A stretch of DNA of 64,000 bases, from the NCBI GenBank assembly GCA_002104905.1, contig MCFE01000318.1, forward strand, positions 32,141 through 96,140, given 5' to 3'. The DNA is from Basidiobolus meristosporus CBS 931.73 (lineage: Eukaryota > Fungi > Basidiobolomycota). Position 1 is the first letter of the stretch. Every line of letters begins with the position of its first letter. The position numbers were made by a program, and so were the translations under genes. The notes under the pieces were generated by a model that worked only from the letters and a program-made list of their open reading frames with translations, searched no databases and was not told the DNA's origin. Below are positions 27,469 to 40,449 of this stretch, in pieces.

Positions 27469-28448
27469 CCGCAAGCTGAGAATCTCTTTGGAGCCACAAG
27501 CAGATCACATTGCTGAGGCTAATCAGAATGTAGCAAAAGCAGTACCTTCAGTTGAAGACTAACAAGTGGTTATCATAATATCACCACTACCTGTATTAGC
27601 AAGTATGTTGTCAGCTCATACCAAAGCATTGAAGAGGAAATTAGGTGCAGTGGCTGATGGTATAGATGCAATGGCCCAACAAAATCATAAAATAGTCAAG
27701 AAACAGGATCAGCAGATAACATATGTAGTGCAATCAATATGCAAGCTAGAGAAAGCAGTATCTTAGCCGCAAAGTAGGAACTCAAGTAGCGTAATGTCAC
27801 AGCCAACAATTGAGCCATTTCCCAATGTAACAGCAGAGGAATATGGTACAGTATTTGAAGCACACCAACAGTGCCCAAAGATAAAGTCCACAGAAAAACC
27901 TATCACAGTATGGGAGGGAGAAAATGTAGTGTGTATTCCAAAGCCTAAAGTCAAAAGACATTGAAGATCCATGCAGCTGTTAAGTGCAAAGATGAAGAGT
28001 GGGCTAAAATTCAAGAGGCTGTCAGAAGTCTAGCATACCATTGCCTTAAGGCTGACATACCATGAGATCATCAGGAACTCAAGGCTTAGCAGAATGAGCT
28101 TTACTTGTTCCATGAGCATTATCCTGGATTCAAGCAAGCAAATGGATTTTGGGCCAGGATTGTTATGCTAAGAGAGTATCTCAAGAATAGCAGAAACTAT
28201 CAAAGGCAGAAGAACAAGGGTACAATAGCTAAAAAGCAGCAGCTTACTGAAGAACCTGTTACAAGTAGGGCCAAAAGCTCCAAACAAGCATCAAAGTGAC
28301 ATCAGATAGCTAGAAGAGTGCCAATTAGGGAAGAACAGGCAGACACAGATGTACTAGCACAATATTTACCAAGCAAAAAGCATGGTTGTACTCCAGCAGC
28401 ACTCTGTATAGATAGCAGTGAAGGACCTGGCAGTGATAAAGCAAGCAG

Positions 28449-28548
28449 TGTAGTGGGCTCAGAATTACACCCACTGACAGATGTGCTCATTCCCATATTT
28501 AATACTTCCCTATTTTTCTACTACCCTTATTTTAGCTTTATCCCATTT
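28449..28548 (+). repeat. 5' 100 bp of an LTR-B, truncated by deletion
   Basis: TGTAGTGGG...CACCCACTGACAGATGTGCTCATTCCC matches the reverse complement of about 16830-16938; left flank GCAG. Confidence 0.75.
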
Positions 28549-29356
28549 GTCAGAGTGGAGAGCCCACTGGCAGACAAAGTGATAACATCAAGAACTCAAA
28601 AGGTTATCACATTGCCTTCATTGGAATTTTAGAACATTAATATGCACACCAAGAGGTTGCAGCTACTTTTAGACAGTGGTGCTCAGGTAAATGCACTTGG
28701 ATATTGCAAGGATTTGTTGCAAAAACTGGCAGTTGAGGTGCAAGATCTTGCATTGCCAGCTGAAGACCAGGACTTATGGGAACAGGTGAATGAACAGTTG
28801 CATAAAGCAGTTGGGCTCCTGCCAAAACCATGTAATCAGTGTGTTGCAGCAGTGCTACTAATTGAGTGGTGGAATTTAATTGAGTTACCTGTAGAGTGTA
28901 GAGTTAGGCTTAGTGTTAGTGTGGGGTATAGGGGCTTGTAAAGGTCAAAACAATTAGCAGTTGAGGCACAACTGAGGTTTTAACAGAAATAAGTAAGTTT
29001 GAATGTATGAAGAGTAAGAGAAACTGTTGAGTCAGGATGTATGAAGTGTAAGAGAAACTGTTGAGTCAGGAAGTATGGAGTGTGAAAAATAGACAATAGC
29101 TAATCAATGCCCACAAGTGTAGGAGGTGATATAGTGCGTGGGTTCAAAAAGTGAGAATCTTAGCAGAGAACCAATTAAACCCACTTTTGTTCTGTTGTGA
29201 TGAGAAATTTTGAGTAAGTTTTTGTGAAATCTGGGGTGCAATTATCCTTTGACAGTCTTTTCATGGAGTCCTGATGGGATGAATACCTCTTAGTCACAGG
29301 ACTTGGAACTTGATGACAGCCTTTTGACTAGATCATCACAATAATTTTTCATAGGG

Positions 29357-30406
29357 GAGGCACCTATGGCGGAAGTAGCAGCAACCAATCATATGCTAGC
29401 AATACATTTGTCACCAGCAATACAAGTTATATGGAAACTCTGCAAGTATCACACCATAAAGCTGTAAAGCTGAGGTGATAGAAGTATATCAATTGCAGCA
29501 GGTGTGCATGATTGTAGAGGCTAGTAAACTGGAGGCCATAATATTTTTTGATTCAAATCACAAGTGGAATACCAAAGGCAGTAGTAGGTAAGCAAATAAA
29601 GAGGTGTGATTCTACAGTAGAATATATGAATTGCCCAAGGGGAGGTAGAAGGAGGATGTACCATATATTAACTTGGTGTAGTTGCATTATGCAGAACTAG
29701 CTGGAGGCTGCCATACTGTTGTGATAATACCATCAGAGGCTTGCACTGAGGCCTTAAAAGCACTGTCAAGCTTTTTGCCACATAAGGCAATTGGATGTAC
29801 TTGCCAGTTAGATCCACACATATAGTTGTAGAGTGCTTCAAGACCCCAACAATCCCATGCAACCCTAGGGAATACACCTGCCCAAACACCTTTAAGTTTT
29901 TTAACTTTATTTGGCTGTAAATTTAGCCAAAGAGGATTTCAATCCTTTCATAAGATTGTGTAGAAGGTCATTGATTCTAAGCTGTTGGTAGTATGACACT
30001 TCCTGATAGATTCTTGATGGCCAATCTGGAGCGGATCTACTGGTGGGACCAAATTATTTTTTATGGTGCTAGCCATACTTGTAACTTGTACAAGCTGACT
30101 CACATGAGCTTATAATACATTTAGGCTCACATCAGCCCTTTGAATATGGCCAACAGAGTGATAGCTCTGAAGAAGAAGGCTTGCTAGTTGACTGAGAGCC
30201 TATCTCCCCTGACAACAGTACCCTGTGTCAGCCTGTGAAAATCTAAATGTACAATGAAAAAACACTTGAGGAAAAGAAGCTAAGGATGCTTTATGGAGCC
30301 AAGCAAGCTCAGTAGTCCACTAACTAGTGAAAGATGCAATGAAGTGGTTGGAGAAGTGGTGTGCTTAGCACCAATATTAGTAATGAGGGCTTTGTGAATT
30401 TACTGC
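29357..30406 (+). mobile_element. CACTA-family fragments: transposase 3' region to a decayed TIR near 30068, then a transposase N-terminal piece
   Basis: Matches about 54650-55359 and about 53570-53820 plus the following N-terminal region seen at 44500-44650. Confidence 0.75.
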
Positions 30407-32090
30407 TGTTACAAGTCTTAGTATAAGAGCTGTAGAGGAATAGGGAGTTTAGCTAGTATTGTATTCACTAAAAGCTGAACTGATTTATATTGAGGTTCCC
30501 ACAGCTCTTTACACAATTTTGCCAAATCAATTGCTGACTAATTGTATTTCCTAATGTAGGTTGTAGCCAATGACTCCTTTGATTGCTTCATCATCATTCA
30601 ATAAGATTCTGCTTAATATATCTTTTTCTGTCTAATAAGGATCTGCTGATTCATTTGCTGACTAATGCTACTGATTTGATAGATAACACTGATATACTGA
30701 TAGGCTAAACCTATAACTAGTTGATTTAACTAAACACTGATCTAACTTAAACATTCAAGCGGTAGATCATAACTTTCTCCCCTACTACAGTTGCACAGGC
30801 TCTCCTGAGTATCCTTTCTTGTGATGCCAGTATCTGAATGGTTCAGAATTGTTGGTAAGTCTTGCAAGTGTGGGTCTCTCTCTATGAGTTAAATCTTTCC
30901 AGATATTCCCATGCTTGGGCACTAGTTGGTGAGTTACAAATGGACATTCTCTAATGAACTTGAAAAGTCCCTTCCATTGCGTCTCAAACTTCTTCTGAGT
31001 GTTGTTTCTGTTGAAGTATTGGACTATTTTGTATCATTTGGCAGCTAAAAACTTACTTAACAATTCTGGACTAGTCTTGGTCACTGTGGGACTAATTTAT
31101 AGCTCTAACTTTGCCACTTTCTTCAGATTTATGATCTTATGATTATTCCACTGTAGTCAGGATCAAATTAGCACTATTACAGAACATCATATACTAACCC
31201 TGAAACTGTTACAGAATCCTCCTGAATATTGAGAAACCTTCCTTACTTAGTGTTACAATTATATTACTTCTACAAAGGTATATATACTGAGCTTCCTTAT
31301 TAATAACAACAGTTCCACTATTATCACTACTTCCTGATAAGTTCCTTATATCCAAATCACTTCTAAAATTGCAACAGTTTCTCAGCAATTCAAAGTTCCC
31401 AACTGTTAATTCTTTGGGTGATATAGTCTTATCAAATCTCTACTTCATCTTTCCTGCACTTTGAGATACTTTGACATGTGCCATATGACATCTTTGTTCC
31501 AGCTGCTGGAGTATGCTTGTCTGACTGAGCTCATCTTCTAAGACATCTGTAAGCTTTGGTTATGTGAGATCTGCTGGATTCCTTGGTCCACATATATACA
31601 CTAAGTAAAATGGCAATTGTTGTGTGGTGTTGTGTACCCTCACTCTGCATGCAAAAAGTGTCATGTCCATATACTCATCCCATCTACTGACAGATCCATT
31701 TGCATACTTGGACAGCATTTTTCCAAATAATCTATTCAAACACTCAGTGACTCCATCAGTTCTAGGGTGATATGCCAAGATTTTCAAGTGTTTGATCTGC
31801 TGCATTTCCAGATACGCTTCCAATGCCTTTGCCATAAAGTTTACCTCTTGATTGGATGGAATATCTGCAGGGCATCCAAACTTCATAAGGATCTTATGCT
31901 AGATAAAACTTGCAGCTATTTGTTCACTAGCTGCAGGTAGTGCTTTAGCCACTGGCCACCTGGTGGCATGGTCAATTGCCTTAATCTATTCCAAAGATGA
32001 CTTCTACCAGCAAACAGAACAATACAAAAAACTCCCCTCCAAAGGAGAGGTTTGATAGGAAGAACTCTAGACTTTGGAAAATCAAGACGC
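30407..32090 (-). mobile_element. Ty3/gypsy (family D) 3' part: integrase, PPT and 3' LTR (30407-30774)
   Basis: AIDHATRWPVAKA, KFGCP, AYHPRTDGVTECLNR..WDEY..LFACR, GPY/F-like KFETQWKG; PPT AGGGGAGAA. Confidence 0.88.
31009..31376 (-). mobile_element. solo LTR, family E (368 bp), in gypsy integrase
   Basis: TGTTG...CAACA termini; 5-bp TSD GTTTC. Confidence 0.85.
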
Positions 32091-32099
32091 AGATCCAAC

Positions 32100-33225
32100 T
32101 TGAGGTAAGAAAGCTTGGGAATATAGTAACAGAAAAAGAAGTAGAGCAATAAGAAACAGCAGAAAAAGTGCAGAAGTTTAAGAGAAGGAGTCAAAGACTT
32201 TTAATGCTCTATGTATTAATGTGCCAGATCCCTTCATTGGACAAATCCATGCTTCAAATACTGCCAATGCCACATGGAAATCATTAGAGAAGATCTTTAG
32301 AGCAAAGTCAGTATCAAGAAAGCTTTATTTAAGACAGAAGTTCTTCAACATGAGGAAGAAGCCAGATGATGACATGTTGCAACTCATTACTATAATGGTG
32401 ACACTTGCAGAAGACTTTAGAGCATTAATGCTGGTGTAGATCACGAAAAAAGATATTCTGTCTGCTTTGCAGCCTACCAGAGGAGTATGAGCCTATTAAT
32501 GTACCCAAGTATGCCAACATTACTGAAACTGATGAAACTAGCTGGGAGATGTGACATAGCAAGCTAGAGCACATTGGGGAACAGAAAAAGAGCCAATCAG
32601 CAAGAAATCAGCTTGCTTTAGGCCTAAACTACTCAATTTAATCCAGTTGAGTGTTTGTAAGAGATGTTCATATGGCCAACAAGCTAGGCACTGTTTCAGG
32701 AGCTCCAGAGGCATTAACACCACAAAAATGTTAGCTGTTGTATACTCAGACATATGTAGGTCCACAAGAACACTGTCTATTGGGGCCAAGAGATTCTTTA
32801 AGGTGTTTACTGATGACAAGACAAGTTATACATAGGTGTACTTCTTCAAAACAGAGGATGAGGCTTCAGAGATGTTTAATAACTTCAAGAACTTGGCAGA
32901 AACACAAATGGGGTGTAAAATGAAGGTACTCCATAGTGAGAATGGAGGGGAATACTGCTCAAAGGAGCTTGCAAAATACTGCACTTCTACTGTTATTTCT
33001 CAACAGGACACTGCTCCACATACTCCTCAGCAAAATGGAGTAGCAGAATGCGCAAATAGAAGAATACTAGAGATGGGAAGATTTATGCTGCATGAAAAGG
33101 GTCAGACCTACAGCCTTTGGGCTGAATCTGTTGCTACTGCAGTGTACATTAAGAATATATGTCCAACAACAGCATTACATAATTTCACACTTTTTGAAGA
33201 ATATACAGGCAAAAAACACAACCTG
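32100..33225 (+). mobile_element. second Ty1/copia family, internally deleted gag and integrase fragment
   Basis: ATWKSLEKIF..KLYLRQKFFNM gag; KVLHSENGGEY, TPQQNGVAECANR, LWAESVATAVYI integrase. Confidence 0.85.
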
Positions 33226-34320
33226 CTGCTTGTGCCATGTTAGCACTCTTCCAGCTACCTGACACCTCTTTGATGCTTGTTTGGAGCTTTTGGCCCTGCG
33301 TCCAATGGGCTCTTGAGGAAGCTGCTGGCTTTTAGCCATAGCACTCTTGTTTCTCTGCCCTTGAGAGTTTCTGCTATTCTTGGGATACATTCTTAGCATT
33401 CCAATGCTAGACTAACATCTGTTTGATTGAGAAAGTTCAGAAAAATGTTCTAGGGCACAGGACAAGTGCTTCCTGCTGGGTCTTGAGATCTTGATGGACC
33501 CCATGTATGCTGGCCTCAAGGTAATGGTGTGCTACACTTTCTACAGCCTTTGTGTATTGACCAACTCTTCATCATTGCACTCAGCAGCTTCATGGATCTG
33601 TAATGTCATCTGATTTTAGGCATGGTGTAAAGATTGCAGTCTCTCCCTCCTATGTTGTGGTAGAGTATTGTGTAGGCTTTATCTTTAGGCACTCTGGGTG
33701 TCCTCTGAAGACTTTACTGTGTTTTTCTGATTTTACATCTGGCAATGGCTCCATTCTGAACTGCAACACTGAGATAATTGATGTGCTACTTTGCAGCAAA
33801 GATACTGCATTCTCTAGCTGATATATGACTTACTTGAATTATATTATCTGTTCATACGGTTTCTTGCAGCTGCCTCATTTCTGTGGGCCAGTGGATTTGT
33901 CTTATGAGCTGCTTTGTCTAATTGCTTTGATAATGCATCAATATTAGCTGTCAGCATACAAGCTAATGCTGGTGATGACAAAGCCATGAAGGCCATTTGC
34001 TGGTCTTCAACTGGAAGTACTAAGTCTGCTGCATTGTTATGTGCCTGTGCATTATGGTCAGCTTGCAGCTCTACAGAGATTCTGAATTGCCTGTTTGAGT
34101 GAGAACCTGAGGAGTCTGCATTAATGCCTTCTGTGAGCACACTGTGAATATGCCCTTTTTGGTTGTAACCTGCTTGATGCACTGAACATAAAGTGTGGCT
34201 ACTGGCCAACTACAATTCTGCTATTGTCTGTGATGAGATCTAGTTGGGAACAGACTATTTCTCTGTGTTTGGCAACAGCATAAATATGGAGATATGTCAA
34301 ACCAAAGAGGAAATTATTGT
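33226..34320 (-). pseudogene. TnpA-like ORF fragment of the CACTA family (older copy)
   Basis: MLRMYPKNSRNSQGQ and ELQADHNAQAHNNAADLVLPVEDQQ match the other copies. Confidence 0.8.
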
Positions 34321-35029
34321 ACTGGTATTTGATATATAGGAAGGGATCAGGAGCAAGCTTGAAGTCATAAGAGAAATAACAAAAAGTGATCTAGTGGCAA
34401 TACACTGCATATTGACAAGCTGCTTACTTGAAGTTGGGGAGCCCAGAATGACAAATCAGAGAGGCTAGAGTTGCTATGGAAGCAGAGAATCAGAAGCAGT
34501 GCCAATGGTAATAGATACTACACAGAATCCTTCCTTAGAATAATATAAGAACAAAGAGCTTTGCTTTAATTGCAACCAGCAGGGACATAATGAAAAGCTC
34601 TGCCCTCAGCAAAGAAATGGACACCAGCCATTAAGAATCTTCAACCATATTAAAGCCCTTGAGCATAGTAATATGGAGAGTGAAGTTGAAGAAGACTCAG
34701 AACTCACCTTCCATATGACAGAAGAATTCTTATCCCAGATGACCCCAAACTCAGCAAAGTTATTATACTTGAACAGAGTACTCAAAGGAGTACCTGCCAA
34801 GATCATGATTGACTCAGCAGCATTGCATGAATACATGCCAGAGCAATTTGCTCTGAAAGCTGGAATTAACTTTGAGCCCACCAAACCAACTTCAGTCTCA
34901 ACAGCTGATAGGAGTTCTCACATAATCAACCATTGTACTCAGCCAGTAAGGATGAAGAACAATGACTATGAAAAAGACATACAGGCCTATATATTTGGGA
35001 ACTGCAAGTTTGAGTTTATACTAGGAAGA

Positions 35030-35244
35030 TGTTGCAATTTAAGAAGTGATTTGGATATAAGGAACTTATCAAGAAATAGTGATAATTTGATCCTGACTAT
35101 AGGGGACTAATCTTAAGATCATATATCTGGAGAAAGTGGCAAAGTTAAGGCAGTAAATGAGTCCGAGAGTGACTAAGACTAGCCTAGAATTGTTAAGTAA
35201 ATTTTTAGCTGCTGAATGATACAAAATAGTCCAATATTTCAACA
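35030..35244 (+). mobile_element. solo LTR-E, internally deleted (215 bp)
   Basis: TGTTGC...TTCAACA; 5-bp TSD GAAGA; homologous to 31009-31376. Confidence 0.8.
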
Positions 35245-36746
35245 GAAGAACCTGGCTATTTTGTTGCCATCCATCAATTGGCTGGAGAGCCCGTGCTACT
35301 CATATCCATAAGGACAATAAGATCTGTGAGTTATTACCTGCCAGACTGGATATCAACTTGGTCAATTCCAGTGTATGTGAAACAAGTGAACTTAGCAAGA
35401 CACAGTTCTGTATAGCACTTAGGAAAGGCACCCAGATGCTCCTCATGGTGGTATTACAGGAGGATTCCTCAACTCCAGTACCCCAGAAGGTCCAGACTCT
35501 TTTGAAGGAATATTCAGGCATATACCCAGATTAACTTATAAGCCCACCATCAATCAGAGATGTGGATCATGACACTGACATAGGAGAGAGCCCTCCAGTG
35601 AGTAGGACACCTGAAAGATTGTGTCCATTGGAGTTGGAAAAGATGAAGAGACAAATATATCAGATACTGGAGCAAGGATACATCAGACCCAGCAAGTCAC
35701 CTTGAGGAGCATCAGTACTCTTTGTGAAAAAGAAGGATGGAACACTCAGAATGTTTATTGACTAGAGTGCCTCAACTCATTACTGTGAAGAGTATTTACC
35801 CAATACTTGGATTGATGAGCTATTGGACCAACCAACAAGAACACAAGGGAAAGAACTACTCAGTTGCCATTGAATCCATGAAGCTGAGCTCAGCAGAACA
35901 AGACTATTCAGTGCATGAGAAAGAGACACTTGCTATAATACACTGCTTGAAGATATGGAGATGCTATATTGAAGGAATCAAATGCACTGTGTAGACTGAT
36001 CACACCTCCCTCAAGTATATATTCACTCAGATGGTACTCTCCAGAAGAATGACAAGATGGAGTGAATTCATTCAGTAACTTGATTATGAGATTGCCTACT
36101 GCCCTGGGAAAGACAATATGGTTGCTGATGCCTAATCAAGATTAGAACAAGTTGCACAACTCAACTTGGTGCATGAATCAGATAGGCCTAGATTATTACC
36201 AAACTACTTGGAGGACCAAGCCATTCCTTATAGGGTGGATGAAGAGATCAAGAAGATAATACAGGAGGAAGGCAGCAAATTTGCGGTACCAGATGAAACA
36301 CTCTACCAATTTGTTGATGGAAGCCTATTGCCTGTTGCACTTATGTAGCTTGCCAGGATTTAATTCATAAGCTACACAAAGGATATGGACATCTTGGGAT
36401 TGATGGAACCTATAGCATAGTGATTGCCAGAGGATGGAGGCCCAGAATGAAACAAGATATTGAGAACCTAGTGAAAGCATGCCCAAATTGTCAAATCAAC
36501 CAAGGCTAACCACAGAGAGTTGCTGAACTCTTTCCCTTGGAGCCTGTAAGACCATTTGAAAGATGGGGAGTTGTCTTTATTGGAAGACCGGCATCCACCA
36601 GGAAATGCCATTATTGGATTCTAGTAGCAATTGACCATGCCACCAAATGGCTAGTGGCCAAAGCAGTGTCTGCAGCCAGTGAGCAAGAATTTGCAAGTTT
36701 CATCTACCATGAGATCATTTTGAAGTTTGGATGCCCTGATGATATT

Positions 36747-37480
36747 AGACTTGTTCCGTTAGATAGTGCCACATTGAGCCATGAGTGCCAAATGATGCCA
36801 TAGTGTGCCAGGGAGGCCAAGTGAGCCTACACTTGGCCACAGAGTGTGAAACATAGATCTGCATCTTCATGCAACGCAGCCCCTGTGTCTCACTCATTGT
36901 GATGGAGAAAATCCATTTTTTGACCTTTTTTTTTAGGTCAATGTTGTACCGGATGTGCAAGAGCACTAAAGGATTGAAGATATACATCTGGTACTCAATA
37001 CCCATGGCACTCTGAATCTAGCTCCTGTGGCTTGTAACATGTCACAAAAATGCATGGCACTATCTTGGTCCACTGGTACTATCCGGCACTATATTTAAAT
37101 ATTAGCCCTAAAGTAAAATCAATACAAAGCACTTACAGTGCCAGATAGTACCAGTGGACCAAGATAGTGCCATGCATTTTTGTGACATGTTACAAGCCAC
37201 AGGAGCTAGATTCAGAGTGCCATGGGTATTGAGTACCAGATGTATATCTTCAATCCTTTAGTGCTCTTGCACATCCTGCACAATATTGATCCACAAAAAA
37301 ATGTCAAAATATGGATTTTCACTTGCATCATAGGTGAAACACAGGGAACGCTTTGCATGAAGATGCAGATCTATTTTTCACACTCTGTGGCCAAGTATAG
37401 GCTCACTTGGCCTCTCTGGCACACTATGGCATCATTTGGCACTCATGGCTCAATGTGGCACTATTCAACGGAACAAGTCT
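36747..37480. mobile_element. foldback element (734 bp; about 345-bp inverted arms, 40-46 bp spacer), AGACTTGTTCC family
   Basis: Arms 36747-37090 and 37137-37480 are reverse complements; TSD ATT; removal restores integrase KFGCPDDIPSD. Confidence 0.88.
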
Positions 37481-37509
37481 ATTCCATCTGATAGAGAAGC
37501 AAACCTATC

Positions 37510-40445
37510 TATCAAATCAGTAGCATTAGTCAGCAAATGAATTGGCAGATCCTTATCAGACAGAAATAGATATAAGAAGTATCATATAATTTGGTGATGA
37601 TGATGCAATCAAATGAGTCTTCAGGAACAGCCTACATTAGGGAATATAATTAGTCCGCAATTGATCTAAGAAATGTATATAGTGAGCTGCAGGAACTTCA
37701 ATAAAATTCAGTTAAAATCTTAGTGAATACAATACTAGCTAAGCTCCCTATTCCTCTACAACTCTTATACCAAGACCTGTAATGTTGGTAGCAGCAATAA
37801 TCACAAACCCCCTCTTGGAGACAGAAGAAGCCTCCCCAAGATGTCAAAAATCCAGAATAGAAGAATGCTATGCAGCAAATCCTGGCTCAGCAGCAGCAGG
37901 TACTCCAGATCATTAGCCAGCAGCAACAAGAATTGATTACCATGGCCCAAAGCCAGCAAAACCCTGTCAAGAGCATCTTCAGTGTGAAGGGTAGCTGTCA
38001 CCATGGTAGAGTCAATGAAAACCAAGGAACTTGGCTCTTCCAGATTGAAGAAGCTTTCAAGGCTAAGGGAATTGCTCCAGAAATCAAATTACATTATGTA
38101 GCTTCTTACCTGGCAGATGCAGCTTTACAGTGGTACCACAACAAGATCAGGTCAGCCACCATGATGGGATGCTCTACAATCTCTACATGGGATGAGTTTG
38201 TGTTGAAAATTCAGGATGCTTCTGAACCCCCACACCAGCAGACACTACTAAGAAGGAAGTTGATAACACTCTGAAAGAAGGAAATGGTTCAAGAGTACAT
38301 CAATGAATATAGATATCTATTGAACAAGTTGAAAGAATGTGCCCCCTTGACCAAGTGGAATACTTGATTGATGGGTTGAAAGCAAGAACTTGTAAGGAAG
38401 TGAATTATTGAAGACCTCAGAGTAATGAAGAAGCCATCAAGATTGCCTTTGACTATGACTCAGCTATGTTTGAAGTTGGGGAGCCCACAATGACAAATCA
38501 GAGAGTCTACAGTCAATGTGAAGGAAGAAAATCAACAACAGTGCTGGTGGAAATAGATGCTATGCAGAGGAATCCTACCTTAGATCAATCTGAGAAGAAA
38601 GGACTTTGCTTTAATTGCCACCAGCAGGGACATTTTGCAAAGTGCAGCCCTAAGAGAAGAAATGGGCACCAGCCATCAAGAACCTGCACCCATATTGAAG
38701 CACTTGGGCAAAGTAACAGGGAGGATGAGCTCAAAGAAGACCGTGAACACACCTTCCATATGACAGAAGAATACCTATGCCAGATAACCTCAAACTCAGG
38801 AAAGCTATTACATGCCAGAGCAATTTGCTCTGAAAGCTGGAATTGACTTGGAGCCCACCAAACCAACTTCAGTCTCAACAGCTGATAGGAGTTCTCATAT
38901 AGTTAACTATTGTACTCAGCCAGTAAGAATGATGATCAATGATTATGAAGAAGTCCTACAGACCTATATACTTGGGAACTGCAAATATAACCTTGTACTT
39001 GGAAGAACCTGCCTTCTTTGTTGTAATCCAACAATCAGCTGGAGAACTCATGAAACTCAGATGCAGAAGGATAACAAGACCTGTGCGCTATGACCTGCCA
39101 GACTGGACTTCAAATTGGTTAATTCCTGTGTGAAACAAATGAACTTAGCAAGACACAGTTCTGTAGAGCACTTGGAAAAGGTACACAGATGTACCTCATG
39201 GCAGTATTACAGAGGGACTCCTCTACTTGGCACCCCTGTAGGTCCAGACTTTATTGAAGCAATATTGAGATGTACTTTGAGATGGACTTGTAAGCCTACC
39301 ACCAGTTGGAAATGGGGATCATGCCATTGAGACAGAAGATAGCCCTCCAGTGAGTAAAACACCTTACAGAATGAGTCCATTGGAGTTGAAAGAAATGAAG
39401 AGATAAATAGATTGATTATTGGAGCAAGAATATATAAGACCCAGCAAGTCGCCTTTGGGGGCACCAGTACTTTTTGTGAAAACAAAGGAACGCTTAGGAT
39501 GTGCATTGACAACCAAGCCCTCATCTTAGCTACTGTGAAGAATAAGTACCCAATATCTTGGACTGTTGAGCTTTTGGACCACCTCAATGGACCTACCATA
39601 TTTAGCAAGATTGACCTCATGTCAAGAAACAACCAGATTGGTGTGAAATCAGGAGTCATCCCCAAGATGGCATTCAGGTCCTGATATGGGCATTACAGGT
39701 ACTTAGTCATGAATCTTGGCCTTACCAGTGCTCCTGCAATATTCATGACCTTGATGCAAACAGTCTTCCAGGAGTACTTAGACAAGTTTATGGTAATCTA
39801 TCCAGAAGACATACTTATATACATCAAAACAGAAGAGGAGCACTTGGTGCCCATTGAAAAGGTCTTACAGAAACTAAGAGCAAGCAAGCTGTACAGCAAG
39901 CTAGCAAAGTGTGAATTCTTCAAGGAACATGTTGAATTTCTTGGACACATAGTGACTAGCACAGGAGTAACCTTAAACCCCAAGAAGTTTGATGTCATCA
40001 AGAATCTGAAGCAGCCCCATATCATTTCAGAACCAGATTATTCCTTGGAATGGTTTCCTATTATCAGAGATTTATCAGGTTGTTTGCAGGTATTACAGCT
40101 CCTTTAACTGATACTCTCAGGAAAGACAGCACCTTGAAGTGGCACATAGCCTATGAAACTGCCTTTCAGATGCTCAAGAAAGAACTTGCACAGCTGCTAA
40201 GCCTGAGAATCCCAGATTTTGGAAAAGAGTTTACTCTGTGCACAGATGCTTCAGATTATGCAATTGGTGGAATACTGAGCCAATAACATGAGGGAAAGGA
40301 CTACCCAGTTGCTTCTGAGCCCAAGAAACTGAACTCAGCCAAACAAAGCTATCCAATACATGAGAAGATGCTTGCCATTGTGCACTGCTTGAAGACCTGG
40401 AGATGCTACATTAAAGTAGTCAAGTGTACTGTGAACACTGATCAT
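37510..40445 (+). mobile_element. Ty3/gypsy family D 5' part: partial LTR (to about 37784), PBS 37786-37795, gag, PR, RT, RH; truncated
   Basis: TGGTAGCAGC PBS (tRNA-iMet 3'-end type); gag WLFQIEEAF..LADAALQWY..TWDEF; RT FSKIDL, GLTSAPAIF, VIYPEDILIY; RH LCTDASDYAIGGILSQ. Confidence 0.9.
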
Positions 40446-40449
40446 ACTC

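Larger units (their letters stand above)
23994..29356. mobile_element. CACTA-family copy: transposase on minus (about 23994-25760), TnpA-like ORF on plus (about 26446-28980), TIR ending at 29356
   Basis: ATTTTTCATAGGG terminus; MPQKNIAKL start at 26446; same divergent layout as 50755-55359. Confidence 0.85.
34325..37510 (+). mobile_element. Ty3/gypsy family D, internally deleted (gag C-terminus, PR, RT N-terminus, RH, IN N-terminus)
   Basis: CFNCNQQGH knuckle, KIMIDSAA protease, HEKETLAIIHCLKIWRCY RNase H, PFERWGVVFIG..AIDHATKW integrase. Confidence 0.85.

Noticed and set aside
30785-31010. Possible chromodomain at the gypsy-D integrase C-terminus
   Set aside because: Translation shows a GPY/F-like KFETQWKG segment followed by a short tail and stops; no chromodomain motif is recognisable
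35030-35244. Looked like a misplaced gypsy integrase C-terminal fragment
   Set aside because: It has TG...CA ends and 5-bp TSDs both here and at 31009-31376, so it is a solo LTR
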